A DNA stretch of 64,000 bases, taken from IMG/VR virus record IMGVR_UViG_3300037493_000871, positions 1,571-65,570 of that record, one strand, 5' to 3'. The DNA comes from a virus. Its lineage: Duplodnaviria; Caudoviricetes. Position 1 is the first letter of the stretch, and every line of letters begins with the position of its first letter. The translations under genes were made by a program, and so were the position numbers. Below, one piece after another: positions 1 through 10,172 of this stretch. The notes under the pieces were generated by a model. The model made no database searches. It was not told where the DNA came from and saw nothing but the letters and a program-made list of their open reading frames with translations.

Positions 1-10
1 CAGAATCCGC

Positions 11-235
11 ATGAAATCCCTTGAATTGCTGGGCAAAATCTCGGATGTGGGGCTGTTTACGGACAAAACCGAGATCACGATGCGCCATAAGCCTACAGAA
101 GAGCTGGAGCAACTCCTGCGCGAGCGCCTGACCCGGGTAATCGAGGGAGAAACCTCCACAGCTCCCCCTGCAAGGGTGCGGCCCAACATTTCGCCGGGCG
201 AAAGACTCGACATGTCGGGGATAACGGATGTCTAA
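11..235 (+). CDS. terminase small subunit, probably the 3' part of a gene starting before the window
   Basis: Overlaps the start of TerL; the frame is open to the window edge; positional inference. Confidence 0.55.
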   Translation: MKSLELLGKISDVGLFTDKTEITMRHKPTEELEQLLRERLTRVIEGETSTAPPARVRPNISPGERLDMSGITDV

Positions 236-1748
236 CCTGACTCCTGCCATCGTTGAGCGCATTATTAAGGGGATGCCCCCCGAAGAAGCTGCTGAATTGC
301 TGGCCATGTTCGACTTGATCGAAGACCGCAAGCGGATTGAAGCTGCCCGCAGCGATTTTCTGGCGTTTATTGCCGCCATTGACAAGAATTACAAGTTCGG
401 AACCCACCTGCGCCGGCTTGGCCACCTCCTAATGGACGTGGAAGAGAACACAAAGAACCGAATTGCCGTGTCTATGGCCCCTCGGATGGGTAAATCCCAG
501 ATGATTTCCATCTATTACCCGGCTTGGTACCTCGGATTGCACCCCGAACACAAAGTAATTGTCGCCTCCCACACGTCTGATCTGGCCGTCGTAATGGCCC
601 GAAAGGTGCGAAATCTGATCGCATCTGCAGAATACAAGGCCATATTTCCCGGTACAAGTATTGCGTCCGACGCCAAGGCGGCGGGCCAATGGAACACTAC
701 CAAGGGCGGCGAGTATTTTGCGATCGGTGTGGGGGGCGCACTTGCGGGCCGCGGGGCCCACTTGATTATTGCGGACGATCCGCTGTCCGAGCAGGACATC
801 AAGGCGGGGAACACGAACTCACTGGACACTGCCTACGAATGGTTCAGTGCCGGCCTGCGTACCCGGTTGATGCCCGAGGGGAAAATCTGCGTGCTGCATA
901 CGCGCTGGCACCAGCGGGACTTGATTGGCCGGCTGATTAAGGACTCTGCCAGCAACGAGGGCGGAGACAAGTACGAGACGTTTGAGTTCCCTGCCATTCT
1001 GAACGAGGGCACCGACAACGAAAAGTCGATCTGGCCAGAGCAGTGGAGCGTCGAGAGTCTGCAGCAAACCCGGGCGTCCATGCACCACATCATGTGGCAG
1101 TGGTATGCGCAGTACCAGCAAAACCCCACGGCAGCCGAGGCTGCGATCATCAAGCGCGATTGGATTAGGTGGTGGAAAGAGGAGCGGCCCCCGACTATTG
1201 ACTTCATCGTGCAGGCGTTTGATACGGCGCTCACCACCAAGAACCGGTCCGACTATTCGGTCTGCCACACATGGGGTGTATTTACGAACGAGCAGGACAG
1301 CAGCTCCAACGTCATCTTGCTCAACAAGGTCAAGGGCAAATACGAGTTTCCCGAGCTCAAGGCCATGGCGCACGAGCAGTACCAAGAGTGGGACCCAGAC
1401 AGTGTGATCGTGGAGGCCAAGGCCAGCGGGCAGCCGCTGATTGACGAGATGCGCCGCTCCGGCATATTCGTGCAGGACTTCAGCCCGGGTAAGGGTCAGG
1501 ACAAGATCGCCCGGCTCAACGCCGTTGCTGACATGTTTGCATCGGGGCACGTATGGTTTCCCGAGACGTCTTGGGCGGCGGCCACCGTGGAGGAGATTTT
1601 GGCGTTTCCTGCCGGCGAGCACGACGACGAGGTTGACACAATGACGCTGGCACTGCAGCGAATTCGCAAGGGCGGCCTGTTGCGCCTTTCCACAGACAAA
1701 GACGATAATACGCCATATATGCCGCGGCGCGGCGCATCGTATTACTAA
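228..1748 (+). CDS. terL: terminase large subunit
   Basis: Walker A-like APRMGKS, Walker B IIADD, RNase H-like C-terminal DTA...HDDEVD motifs. Confidence 0.95.
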   Translation: MSNLTPAIVERIIKGMPPEEAAELLAMFDLIEDRKRIEAARSDFLAFIAAIDKNYKFGTHLRRLGHLLMDVEENTKNRIAVSMAPRMGKSQMISIYYPAWYLGLHPEHKVIVASHTSDLAVVMARKVRNLIASAEYKAIFPGTSIASDAKAAGQWNTTKGGEYFAIGVGGALAGRGAHLIIADDPLSEQDIKAGNTNSLDTAYEWFSAGLRTRLMPEGKICVLHTRWHQRDLIGRLIKDSASNEGGDKYETFEFPAILNEGTDNEKSIWPEQWSVESLQQTRASMHHIMWQWYAQYQQNPTAAEAAIIKRDWIRWWKEERPPTIDFIVQAFDTALTTKNRSDYSVCHTWGVFTNEQDSSSNVILLNKVKGKYEFPELKAMAHEQYQEWDPDSVIVEAKASGQPLIDEMRRSGIFVQDFSPGKGQDKIARLNAVADMFASGHVWFPETSWAAATVEEILAFPAGEHDDEVDTMTLALQRIRKGGLLRLSTDKDDNTPYMPRRGASYY

Positions 1749-1756
1749 GGACTCTC

Positions 1757-4318
1757 ATGGCTACAAACATGTTCCCCTCCCTGTCGCAAGCCCCACTAGG
1801 TTTGGACGCGCTGACCCCAGAACCCCAAGACTTTGAAGATGGGCCCGGCGTTGAGATTGTGATCGAGGACCCCGAGGGCGTGCATATTGGCATGGACGGC
1901 TTGCAGATTGATATGGAGCCGGGCGAAGGCACGGACGAAGATTTTGATGCCAACCTTGCAGAGTTCATGGACGAGTCCGAGCTGCAGAAAGTAGCGGGCG
2001 ATATTATTGCGTTGGTCGATGCCGACATCAACTCGCGCAAAGACTGGGTAGAAGATTACGTCAAGGGCCTTGATGTGCTGGGCATGAAGTACGAAGAGCG
2101 TACGGAGCCGTGGCTGGGTTCTTGTGGAGTGTTCTCCACCGTGCTGACTGAAGCGGCCATCCGCTTCCAGAGCGAGACAATCATTGAGACGTTCCCGGCT
2201 GCCGGCCCAGTGAAGACCGAGATCGTGGGTGCGATCGACAAGCTCAAAGAAGAAGCCGCCGAGCGCGTCAGAGAAGACATGAACTACCAGCTCACCGAGG
2301 TGATGACTGAGTACCGGCCCGAGCATGAGAAGATGCTGTACAGCTTGGGGTTGGCCGGCAGCGCGTTCAAGAAGGTGTATTTTGACCCGTCAATGGACCG
2401 CCAAACATCGACGTTTGTGCCATCCGAAGACATCATTATTCCGTACGGCTCCTCGGACGCCAGCACTGCAGAGCGTGTCGCGCACATCATGCGCAAGACC
2501 AAGAACGACATCCGCAAGCTGCAGGTAGCAGGGTTCTACCGCGACATCGAGCTGGGCGAGCCCACCCAAATCCACACCGATGTGGAGAAGAAAAAGGCTG
2601 AAGACCAAGGGTATTCCCTTACGGACGATGAGCGCTATCAGACGCTGGAGATTCATATCGACTACGATATGCCCGGCTACGAAGATGAGGACGAGATTGC
2701 ATTGCCCTACGTGGTGACGATCGACCGCGCAACGACCAAGGTTCTGGCCATCTACCGTAACTGGGAAGAGGGCGACAAGACCAAGGCGAAACGCCAACAC
2801 TTCGTACAGTACACGTACATTCCCGGCTTTGGCCCCTATGGCATGGGCCTGATTAACCTGATCGGTGGCTATGCCCGCGCAGGCACAAGTATCATTCGCC
2901 AGTTGGTTGATGCCGGCACACTGAGCAACTTGCCCGGCGGCCTCAAGACCCGCGGCTTGCGTACCAAGGGAGATGACACCCCGATCGCTCCGGGTGAGTT
3001 CCGTGACGTGGACGTGCCAAGCGGCTCCATCCGCGACAACATCATGGCCCTGCCATACAAGGAGCCAAGCCAAGTCCTGCTGGCCCTGCTGAACCAGATC
3101 ACCGACGAAGCTCGCCGGCTGGGTTCGATCGCGGACATGAACATCAGCGACATGAGCGCGAACTCGCCCGTGGGCACAACCCTCGCGCTGCTGGAGCGCC
3201 AGCTCAAGACCATGAGCGCGGTGCAGGCCCGGGTCCACTACAGCATGAAGCAAGAGTTCCAGCTCTTGCGCGACATCATCCGGGACAACACCCCCAAAGA
3301 GTACAGCTTCGACCCCTCCAGCGGCACCCGCAAAGCCAAGCAGGAAGACTACGACATGGTGTCGGTCATTCCAGTCAGCGACCCCAACAGCTCGACCATG
3401 GCCCAGCGAATCATGCAGTACCAAGCTGTGATTCAGTTGTCGCAAAGCGCCCCACAGATTTATGACCTGCCCCAGTTGCACCGCCAGATGATTGAAGTGC
3501 TGGGCATCAAGAACGCAGACAAGCTGGTGCCGTTGGAAGACGACATGAAGCCCCGCGACCCGGTGTCCGAGAACATGGCCTTCCTGAACGGCAAGCCAAC
3601 CAAGGCGTTCATCTACCAAGACCATGAAGCGCACATCGCTGTTCACACCAGCATGATGCAGGACCCACTGCTCATGGCCCAGATTGGCCAGAACCCACAA
3701 GCGCAGAAGATGCAGGCCGAGATTCAAGCGCACATGTCTGAACACTTGGCGTTCGCGTACCGCAAGAAAGTCGAAGAGCAGTTGGGCGTGCCCCTGCCAC
3801 CACCCGACGAGCAAATGCCAGAAGAAGCCGAAGTCATGCTGTCGCAACTGGTCGCCCAAGGTGCCAAGCAACTGCTGGCGCAGAGCAAGAGCCAAGCTGC
3901 CCAACAGCAAGCGCAGCAACAAGCCCAAGACCCGCTCATCCAAATGCAGCAAGAAGAGCTGAAGATCAAGGCGCAGGACGCCAAGACCAAAGAACTCAAG
4001 GTCCGCGGCGACTTGCAGATCAAGGCCGAGGAGCTGGCGCTCAAAGCACGCGAGAGCGCGTCCAAGGTTGGCGAAGACCCGAACATGGCCGCCATGCGCA
4101 CGCAGCAAGAACTCATGCAAGCCCAAGAGTTGCACGCGCTAGAGGTCGCCAATCAGCAGCAAGCACAGCAGGCGCAGGGGCAGCAGGCCGCTATGGCCAT
4201 GGGCCAGCAGGCTCAGGCTCACGCTCAGAAGATGGCCCACGGCGGGGAAGTGCATAACCAGAAACTGCGCCACGCCGAGATGGCGGCCAACCAACCCACA
4301 GAAACAGGTAACGAATGA
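1757..4318 (+). CDS. portal protein with Gln-rich C-terminal extension
   Basis: 853 aa directly after TerL; GSAFKKVYFD and GFGPYGMG podoviral portal-like motifs. Confidence 0.88.
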   Translation: MATNMFPSLSQAPLGLDALTPEPQDFEDGPGVEIVIEDPEGVHIGMDGLQIDMEPGEGTDEDFDANLAEFMDESELQKVAGDIIALVDADINSRKDWVEDYVKGLDVLGMKYEERTEPWLGSCGVFSTVLTEAAIRFQSETIIETFPAAGPVKTEIVGAIDKLKEEAAERVREDMNYQLTEVMTEYRPEHEKMLYSLGLAGSAFKKVYFDPSMDRQTSTFVPSEDIIIPYGSSDASTAERVAHIMRKTKNDIRKLQVAGFYRDIELGEPTQIHTDVEKKKAEDQGYSLTDDERYQTLEIHIDYDMPGYEDEDEIALPYVVTIDRATTKVLAIYRNWEEGDKTKAKRQHFVQYTYIPGFGPYGMGLINLIGGYARAGTSIIRQLVDAGTLSNLPGGLKTRGLRTKGDDTPIAPGEFRDVDVPSGSIRDNIMALPYKEPSQVLLALLNQITDEARRLGSIADMNISDMSANSPVGTTLALLERQLKTMSAVQARVHYSMKQEFQLLRDIIRDNTPKEYSFDPSSGTRKAKQEDYDMVSVIPVSDPNSSTMAQRIMQYQAVIQLSQSAPQIYDLPQLHRQMIEVLGIKNADKLVPLEDDMKPRDPVSENMAFLNGKPTKAFIYQDHEAHIAVHTSMMQDPLLMAQIGQNPQAQKMQAEIQAHMSEHLAFAYRKKVEEQLGVPLPPPDEQMPEEAEVMLSQLVAQGAKQLLAQSKSQAAQQQAQQQAQDPLIQMQQEELKIKAQDAKTKELKVRGDLQIKAEELALKARESASKVGEDPNMAAMRTQQELMQAQELHALEVANQQQAQQAQGQQAAMAMGQQAQAHAQKMAHGGEVHNQKLRHAEMAANQPTETGNE

Positions 4319-4515
4319 TGGACGAACGTGTTCTGGACATTTTGAATAAGAAGCTTGAAGTCCAAGTCGAGGGCTTCAAGTCGATTTTGTGTGATGGAGG
4401 TGCGAAATCCTTCGATCACTACAAAGAACTGAGCGGGACCATCCGGGGTCTCCAACTCGCTCAGTTAGAACTTGGGGACCTCGTGCGTAAACTGAAAGAT
4501 ATTGACGATGAATAA
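4315..4515 (+). CDS. small hypothetical protein
   Basis: ATGA overlap with portal stop; 66 aa helical protein. Confidence 0.7.
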   Translation: MMDERVLDILNKKLEVQVEGFKSILCDGGAKSFDHYKELSGTIRGLQLAQLELGDLVRKLKDIDDE

Positions 4516-4906
4516 ATTCGACGTCCAAGCGGTCGATTTGTCGGGCCTACTCAACAAGCCTGTTGAGGATAAAGCCAAGCAGATTCCTGACCCAGTGACC
4601 TACCACCTTCTGTGCATGCTCCCAGAAGCCAAAGAGGAATACGAAGGCGGTATCCTCAAGTCAGCCCAAGCCATGATGCATGAAGAGCTCCTGTCTCCCG
4701 TGCTGTTCGTGGCGAAGATTGGCCCAGATGCCTTCAAAGACACCGCACGGTTCCCGTCCGGCCCGTCTTGCGCTGTTGGCGACTTCATTTTGGTTCGGCC
4801 AAACACCGGCACCCGAATGAAAATCCACGGTACTGAATGGCGGCTCATCAATGACGACTCGGTGCAGGCGGTCATCCAAGACCCCCGTGGCATCCAGCGT
4901 CCATAA
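4508..4906 (+). CDS. GroES-like co-chaperonin
   Basis: Cpn10 pattern: EGGIL mobile loop, V..IGP, VGD.ILV, R(L)INDDSV.AVI. Confidence 0.85.
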   Translation: MNKFDVQAVDLSGLLNKPVEDKAKQIPDPVTYHLLCMLPEAKEEYEGGILKSAQAMMHEELLSPVLFVAKIGPDAFKDTARFPSGPSCAVGDFILVRPNTGTRMKIHGTEWRLINDDSVQAVIQDPRGIQRP

Positions 4907-4915
4907 GGAGTAATC

Positions 4916-5875
4916 ATGGCTGGTTTTGAAAAAACAGAATTTGAGTTCCCCGATATGGTGGAAGAAAAAGCCTCTCGTGCCGGCAGCAAGGTTGTAGAGC
5001 CTGAGTCCGACCAACCGGAAATCGAAGTCGTTGACGACACCCCGGAACAGGACCGCAATCGCAAGCCGATGGCGGAAGCCCCCAAGGATGTGACCGACGA
5101 CGAGCTGTCCAAGTACGATGAGGGCGTCCAAAAACGCATCAAGCACTTTACGAAGGGCTACCACGAAGAGCGCCGCGCCAAAGAGTCCGCGGAACGTGAG
5201 CGCGAGGAAGCCTTGAAGTTTGCGCAAACCATGGCCGAAGAGAACAAAAAGCTCAAGGGCTCTTTGCACCAAGGCCAGAACGCTTTGCTGGAGCAGGCCA
5301 AGAAAGTCGTGGCCAATGAGCTCACTGACGCCAAGCGCAAATACAAGGAAGCCTACGAAGCCGGCGACTCGGACGCCCTCGTAAACGCCCAAGAAGAACT
5401 CACCAATGTGAAGATGAAAGCCGACCGGGTAAATAATTTCCGGCCTGCCCCTTTACAGGAAGAAGAAAATACAGTACAACCTGTACCACAGCCCCGACAG
5501 GCTGCGCCTCTTGATAACAAACTACTTGCTTGGACTGACAAAAATCAGTGGTTTGGTACCAATAAGCGCATGTCAGCATATGCCTTGGCATTGCATGACG
5601 AACTTGAAGGGGAAGGCATCCCGGCAGGAAGCGACGAATACTACCGACGTATCGACGCAGAAATGCAGGAGCGCTTTTCGGACCAATTTGGAACCGATGA
5701 GCCCGCTGAAGCGACAAAATCTCAGCGTACCAAATCCAATGTTGTTGCACCTGCAACCAGAAGCACTGCGCCCCGCAAGGTCGTGCTAACTCAGACACAG
5801 GTGAATCTCGCCAAGCGGCTCGGCGTTCCTTTGGAACTCTATGCTCGTAAGGTTGCGGAAGAAATGAGGAAATGA
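4916..5875 (+). CDS. scaffolding-like coiled-coil protein
   Basis: Acidic/coiled-coil 319 aa between portal and capsid; C-terminal AKRLGVPLELYA; SD AGGAG. Confidence 0.65.
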   Translation: MAGFEKTEFEFPDMVEEKASRAGSKVVEPESDQPEIEVVDDTPEQDRNRKPMAEAPKDVTDDELSKYDEGVQKRIKHFTKGYHEERRAKESAEREREEALKFAQTMAEENKKLKGSLHQGQNALLEQAKKVVANELTDAKRKYKEAYEAGDSDALVNAQEELTNVKMKADRVNNFRPAPLQEEENTVQPVPQPRQAAPLDNKLLAWTDKNQWFGTNKRMSAYALALHDELEGEGIPAGSDEYYRRIDAEMQERFSDQFGTDEPAEATKSQRTKSNVVAPATRSTAPRKVVLTQTQVNLAKRLGVPLELYARKVAEEMRK

Positions 5876-6330
5876 AAATGGAAAAATCAGCTCGCCCAAG
5901 TCGTGATCTTGAAACCCGTGAAATCAAGGAGCGCCCAAAACAGTGGCTGCCTCCCCAATTGTTGCCCGACCCTAACCCGGAACCCGGCTACGCATTTCGT
6001 TGGATTCGAGTGAGCACATTGAACAAAGCCGACGCCACTAACGTTTCGTCAAAACTCCGCGAAGGTTGGGAACCTGTAAGGGCTTCGGACCATCCTGAAA
6101 TCCGCCTGTTTGGCTCGACCAATGGTCAGTTCCCAGATAGCGTGGAAGTCGGTGGCCTGTTACTTTGCAAGACCCCGGTGGAATTTACTGAACAGCGTGA
6201 CGCGTACTACCGCCAACAAGCGGATGCGCAAATGCAGTCAGTGGACAACACCTTCATGCGCGAAAATGACCCGCGGATGCCTATGTTCAAAGAACGTAGC
6301 TCTAAAGTCACTTTCGGAAAAGGTATTTAA
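5872..6330 (+). CDS. conserved head-module hypothetical protein
   Basis: Coupled ORF; PGYAFRWIR...REGWEPV pattern. Confidence 0.7.
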   Translation: MKMEKSARPSRDLETREIKERPKQWLPPQLLPDPNPEPGYAFRWIRVSTLNKADATNVSSKLREGWEPVRASDHPEIRLFGSTNGQFPDSVEVGGLLLCKTPVEFTEQRDAYYRQQADAQMQSVDNTFMRENDPRMPMFKERSSKVTFGKGI

Positions 6331-6347
6331 TTTTTTGGAGTATTCAC

Positions 6348-6926
6348 ATGGCTTATCCTACAGTCAGCGCTCCGTATGGTTTGAAAGCCGTCAATTCCCT
6401 TGACGGCAAGCCCTACGCAGGCGCAATCCGCCAGATTCCTATGGCATCTGGCTACACTGCCACCTTTTTTGGTGACACAGTGCTCATCGTTGACGGCTAC
6501 CTGAATAAGGACACCGGCACCACAGCAGCTACCCCTTGCGGCGTATTTGTTGGCGGTTCCTACGTGAACTCAATGGGTCAAACCGTTTACGCCCAGAACC
6601 TGCCAGCCGGCGCTACTAGCCCTATCGGCTACGTGGTTGACGACCAGCAAGCTCTGTTTAAAGTGGCCGTTGTGTCGGGTACTACCGTGATTGCTGGCGT
6701 GAGCCGCAGCGTGGTCGGTTCCAACATGGCCTTGGTGCAGAACGCAGGTAACACCACAACTGGTGACTCCGGCATCGCAGTGTTGTCCACCAGCACAAAC
6801 ACCACCGCCACTTTGCCAGTCCGTGTCATCGACGTTGTGCCTGACACAGCCACCGGTTCGGATTCGTATGTGGAACTGTTGGTGAAAATCAACACCCACC
6901 AATACAACAACACCACTGGTGTTTAA
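6348..6926 (+). CDS. head decoration / minor capsid protein
   Basis: Beta-rich 192 aa immediately upstream of capsid gene; SD GGAG. Confidence 0.6.
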   Translation: MAYPTVSAPYGLKAVNSLDGKPYAGAIRQIPMASGYTATFFGDTVLIVDGYLNKDTGTTAATPCGVFVGGSYVNSMGQTVYAQNLPAGATSPIGYVVDDQQALFKVAVVSGTTVIAGVSRSVVGSNMALVQNAGNTTTGDSGIAVLSTSTNTTATLPVRVIDVVPDTATGSDSYVELLVKINTHQYNNTTGV

Positions 6927-6937
6927 GGAGCTAAATC

Positions 6938-7849
6938 ATGGCAATTTCACGCGCACAACTGCTCAAAGAACTGCTCCCGGGCCTGAACGCATTGTTCGGT
7001 CTGGAGTACGCTAAGTACGGCGAAGAGCACAAGGAAATCTACGAAACCGAATCGTCGGAGCGTAGCTTTGAAGAAGAGACCAAGCTGTCGGGCTTCTCTG
7101 CTGCACCTGTCAAGAACGAAGGCTCTGCCCTGAGTTATGACAACGCACAGGAAGCATGGACTGCTCGTTACACCCACGAGACCATCGCAATGGGCTTCTC
7201 CATCACTGAAGAAGCTGTGGAAGATAACCTGTATGACAGTTTGTCTAGCCGCTACACCAAAGCTCTGGCTCGCGGTATGGCGTACACCAAACAAGTTAAA
7301 GGCGCTTATGTGCTGAACAACGCGTTTACTGGTGGCCCTACCTACGGTGACGGTGTGGTTCTGTGCTCTACAGCACACCCATTGATCTCCGGTGGCACTA
7401 ACAGCAACCGTCCTTCGACCGGCGCTGACTTGAACGAAACTTCGTTGGAAAACGCAGTTATTCAAATCGCAGGTTGGACCGATGAACGTGGTCTGTTGAT
7501 CGCTGCCAAGCCCAAGAAATTGGTCGTTCCTCCAAGCCTGATGTTCGTGGCTACCCGCCTGCTCGAAACCGAGTTGCGCGTTGGTACAACCGACAACGAC
7601 ATCAACGCCTTGAAGAACAACGGCTCGATTCCTGAAGGCTACACCGTTAACCACTATCTGACAGACACCAACGCTTGGTTCTTGATGACTGATGTGCCAA
7701 ACGGCTTGAAGCATTTTGTTCGTACCTCGCTGCAAAACTCAATGGATGGAGATTTTGATACGGGTAACGTTCGCTATAAGGCTCGCGAGCGTTACAGCTT
7801 CGGCGTTTCGGACCCATTGGGCATCTTTGGATCGCCCGGTTCGTCCTAA
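6938..7849 (+). CDS. major capsid protein
   Basis: MAISRAQLLKELLPGLNALFG start, KKLVVPP, YKARERYSFG; strong SD; followed by terminator. Confidence 0.9.
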   Translation: MAISRAQLLKELLPGLNALFGLEYAKYGEEHKEIYETESSERSFEEETKLSGFSAAPVKNEGSALSYDNAQEAWTARYTHETIAMGFSITEEAVEDNLYDSLSSRYTKALARGMAYTKQVKGAYVLNNAFTGGPTYGDGVVLCSTAHPLISGGTNSNRPSTGADLNETSLENAVIQIAGWTDERGLLIAAKPKKLVVPPSLMFVATRLLETELRVGTTDNDINALKNNGSIPEGYTVNHYLTDTNAWFLMTDVPNGLKHFVRTSLQNSMDGDFDTGNVRYKARERYSFGVSDPLGIFGSPGSS

Positions 7850-7874
7850 TAATTGGGTCAAAAGACTTAATATG

Positions 7875-7896
7875 GAGGCCCTTCGGGGCCTCTTTT
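7875..7896 (+). terminator. intrinsic terminator after capsid gene
   Basis: GAGGCCC-TTCG-GGGCCTC-TTTT. Confidence 0.85.
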
Positions 7897-7948
7897 CATT
7901 TCTGAATCCTTGTGGTACATTACCTGTTACTAAGTCACAGGAGCCAAC

Positions 7949-8551
7949 ATGGACACCACAACCCTACCTAAAACCCGTGCTGAAGCCAAAGCTGCCGGTG
8001 CTACGCACTACTTTACCGGGGAGCCGTGTAAGCACGGGCATATTGCCCCGCGCAAAACCAAAGGTGCCTGCATTGAATGCCTCAAAGTAGAGTGGCAGCA
8101 AGCTGCTGAAACCCGCGCCGATTACTTCCGGGAGTACAACAAACGCGAAGACATCAAAGAGCGCAAGCATGAATGGTATGCAGAGAATCACGAGCAGGTT
8201 AAACAAGCCGCAGCTACTCGTCCCTTGCACGTAAAACGGGAGTATCAGAAGACGTGGAAGGAAAAGAATGTCGTTTGGGTTCGGGCAGATACAAAAGCCC
8301 GCCGCCGCAAACATAGAGACGCCACCCCACCATGGCTTTCTCGGCAACAAAAAACCGACATCCGCCAGCTCTACCAAATCGCTATTACGATGACCAAGAC
8401 GACCGGGGAACAGTACGTGGTAGACCACATTGTTCCATTGCGCGGGGAGTCCGTGTGCGGGCTGCATGTGCCATGGAACCTCCGCGTGATTACGCAGGAA
8501 GAAAATTTGGCCAAGTCAAACAAACTTCTTGCAACCCCCACCGACAACTGA
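7949..8551 (+). CDS. HNH endonuclease (free-standing, homing-type)
   Basis: VDHIVPL...CGLHVPWNL...EN..KSN; N-terminal C-x2-GH...CxxC. Confidence 0.85.
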   Translation: MDTTTLPKTRAEAKAAGATHYFTGEPCKHGHIAPRKTKGACIECLKVEWQQAAETRADYFREYNKREDIKERKHEWYAENHEQVKQAAATRPLHVKREYQKTWKEKNVVWVRADTKARRRKHRDATPPWLSRQQKTDIRQLYQIAITMTKTTGEQYVVDHIVPLRGESVCGLHVPWNLRVITQEENLAKSNKLLATPTDN

Positions 8552-8557
8552 TATATT
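8529..8557 (+). promoter_or_regulatory. sigma70-like promoter
   Basis: TTGCAA-17 nt-TATATT. Confidence 0.5.
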
Positions 8558-8564
8558 GGCTCAT

Positions 8565-8634
8565 CCGGGTCTTCCGGTGCGTCAAACTGTCCCGGCAGAC
8601 TTACATGCAAGATTGACGCACCTAAAACTGCATG
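8565..8634 (+). ncRNA. candidate double-pseudoknot 5' leader RNA
   Basis: Three interlocking complementary pairs of 5, 10 and 6 bp upstream of the SD of the gene at 8646. Confidence 0.45.
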
Positions 8635-8645
8635 AAGGAAATATC

Positions 8646-9110
8646 ATGGGATTCGCAACTCACCTCGGCCCTTGGCTGCTCGGCACTGTTAAAAACACAA
8701 CCGGCACCACTGCTGCCGCCACTCGCAATACAGGCTGCACCGTTGTTTCGCAAAGCGCAAACGTCGTGTTCGGCACCCTGACCGGCAACGCCATCGCAGT
8801 CCCTGCCGGCTCGCAAATCACCAGCGTCACCGTGGTAACTACCACTGTTTTTAGCGCAGCAACAACCGTGGCTTTGAGCATTGGCGGCACCGCGTTTACC
8901 ACCACAGGCACAATCACTGACGTGGGAGGTATCGTGTTGAGTGCAAACGCCACGACTCCCGGCGGTTGGTTGAATGTTGGTTCCACCGATACTTTTATTA
9001 CGTACACAATGGCCGGTACAGCACTGACCACTGGCGCGGCCACAATCATCATCAACTACTCCGTTCGTAACTCGGATGGTGCTCAGGCTCAAGCGGCCCA
9101 GCAACAGTAA
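8646..9110 (+). CDS. Thr/Ala-rich virion structural protein
   Basis: ATG at 8646 with SD AAGGA; beta-rich composition. Confidence 0.7.
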   Translation: MGFATHLGPWLLGTVKNTTGTTAAATRNTGCTVVSQSANVVFGTLTGNAIAVPAGSQITSVTVVTTTVFSAATTVALSIGGTAFTTTGTITDVGGIVLSANATTPGGWLNVGSTDTFITYTMAGTALTTGAATIIINYSVRNSDGAQAQAAQQQ

Positions 9111-9118
9111 TTGACTCC

Positions 9119-9139
9119 GGGGGCTTCGGCCCCCTTGTT
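9119..9139 (+). terminator. intrinsic terminator-like hairpin
   Basis: GGGGGC-TTCG-GCCCCC-TTGTT. Confidence 0.7.
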
Positions 9140-9155
9140 CTAAAGGAGATTGATT

Positions 9156-9908
9156 ATGGCAAATTTAAGCGTAATGAGTTCGATCACCCGCATGGGCACG
9201 ATTGAGCCATTTGATTTGCAAGTAGCTCGGGGTCAGATTACCGGCCATGAGCCGCTAAACGTGTTTGGCTACTCCACAGCCACCCCCAATTCCGCGTTTA
9301 TCGCCGCATGGGAAAACAATACGGCTTATGCGTTTCCAACAGTGGCCTCGACCATGCTGGTCACCAGCAGCTCTGCTTCTGACACTGCCGTTACCATTTT
9401 GATTACTGGCTTGGACTCTGGCTACAACGTCATTTCTGAGTCGGTAACTTTGGCCGGAACTGACGCAGTTACGACCACAAATGTGTTTTGGCGAATTAAC
9501 GGCGTAACGACCACCGCAGGCAATGCCGTGGGCACCATATACGTCAAGAACGCTGGTGGCACCACCTATGCGCAAATTGCAATTGGTAGCGGCAAAACCA
9601 ATATGTCAATTTACACGGTTCCCGCTGGATACACTGCGTACTTGACTCAGTTTGATGCGTTCTCGTCCACCTCGGTTACGTCTGGCGTGTACGCAACATT
9701 CCGCGCATTACGCACATCGGTTACTGGCGTGAACACCATTGTTCTTCAAGTTCCGTTTTTGAACGATTACTCAATCACACGCCAATATCCGCTTGTGTTG
9801 CCAGAAAAAACAGACTCGCAATGGCAGTGCAAATCCAGCGGCGCTGGGCTTGGCATCGGTATTGTGGTGCTTGGCGTGTTGATTAAAAACTTCAACACGG
9901 CTCCATAA
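9156..9908 (+). CDS. virion structural protein, putative
   Basis: SD AAGGAG; beta-rich ~250 aa. Confidence 0.7.
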   Translation: MANLSVMSSITRMGTIEPFDLQVARGQITGHEPLNVFGYSTATPNSAFIAAWENNTAYAFPTVASTMLVTSSSASDTAVTILITGLDSGYNVISESVTLAGTDAVTTTNVFWRINGVTTTAGNAVGTIYVKNAGGTTYAQIAIGSGKTNMSIYTVPAGYTAYLTQFDAFSSTSVTSGVYATFRALRTSVTGVNTIVLQVPFLNDYSITRQYPLVLPEKTDSQWQCKSSGAGLGIGIVVLGVLIKNFNTAP

Positions 9909-10171
9909 TGGCAACCGCAAAGAAAAAAGGTCCGTCCTTGGCCGTTGGTCGAGGCGAGAAGTTGTCTGTGTCTAAGGGCGCAGGGCTGACCGCCAAAGGC
10001 CGTGCCAAGTACAACGCTGCCACTGGCAGTAACCTCAAGGCCCCACAGCCCCAAGGTGGCCCCCGTAAAGATTCGTTCTGCGCTCGGATGTCCGGTATGC
10101 CCGGCCCGATGAAAGACGAAAAAGGCAAGCCTACCCGCAAGGCGGCGTCACTCGCAAGATGGAAGTGCTGA
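9908..10171 (+). CDS. small basic protein
   Basis: TAATG coupling; RKDSFCARM...SLARWKC. Confidence 0.75.
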   Translation: MATAKKKGPSLAVGRGEKLSVSKGAGLTAKGRAKYNAATGSNLKAPQPQGGPRKDSFCARMSGMPGPMKDEKGKPTRKAASLARWKC

Positions 10172-10172
10172 T

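Noticed and set aside
2390-4135. 581-aa antisense ORF opposite the portal
   Set aside because: Shadow of codon bias on the coding strand; no motifs.
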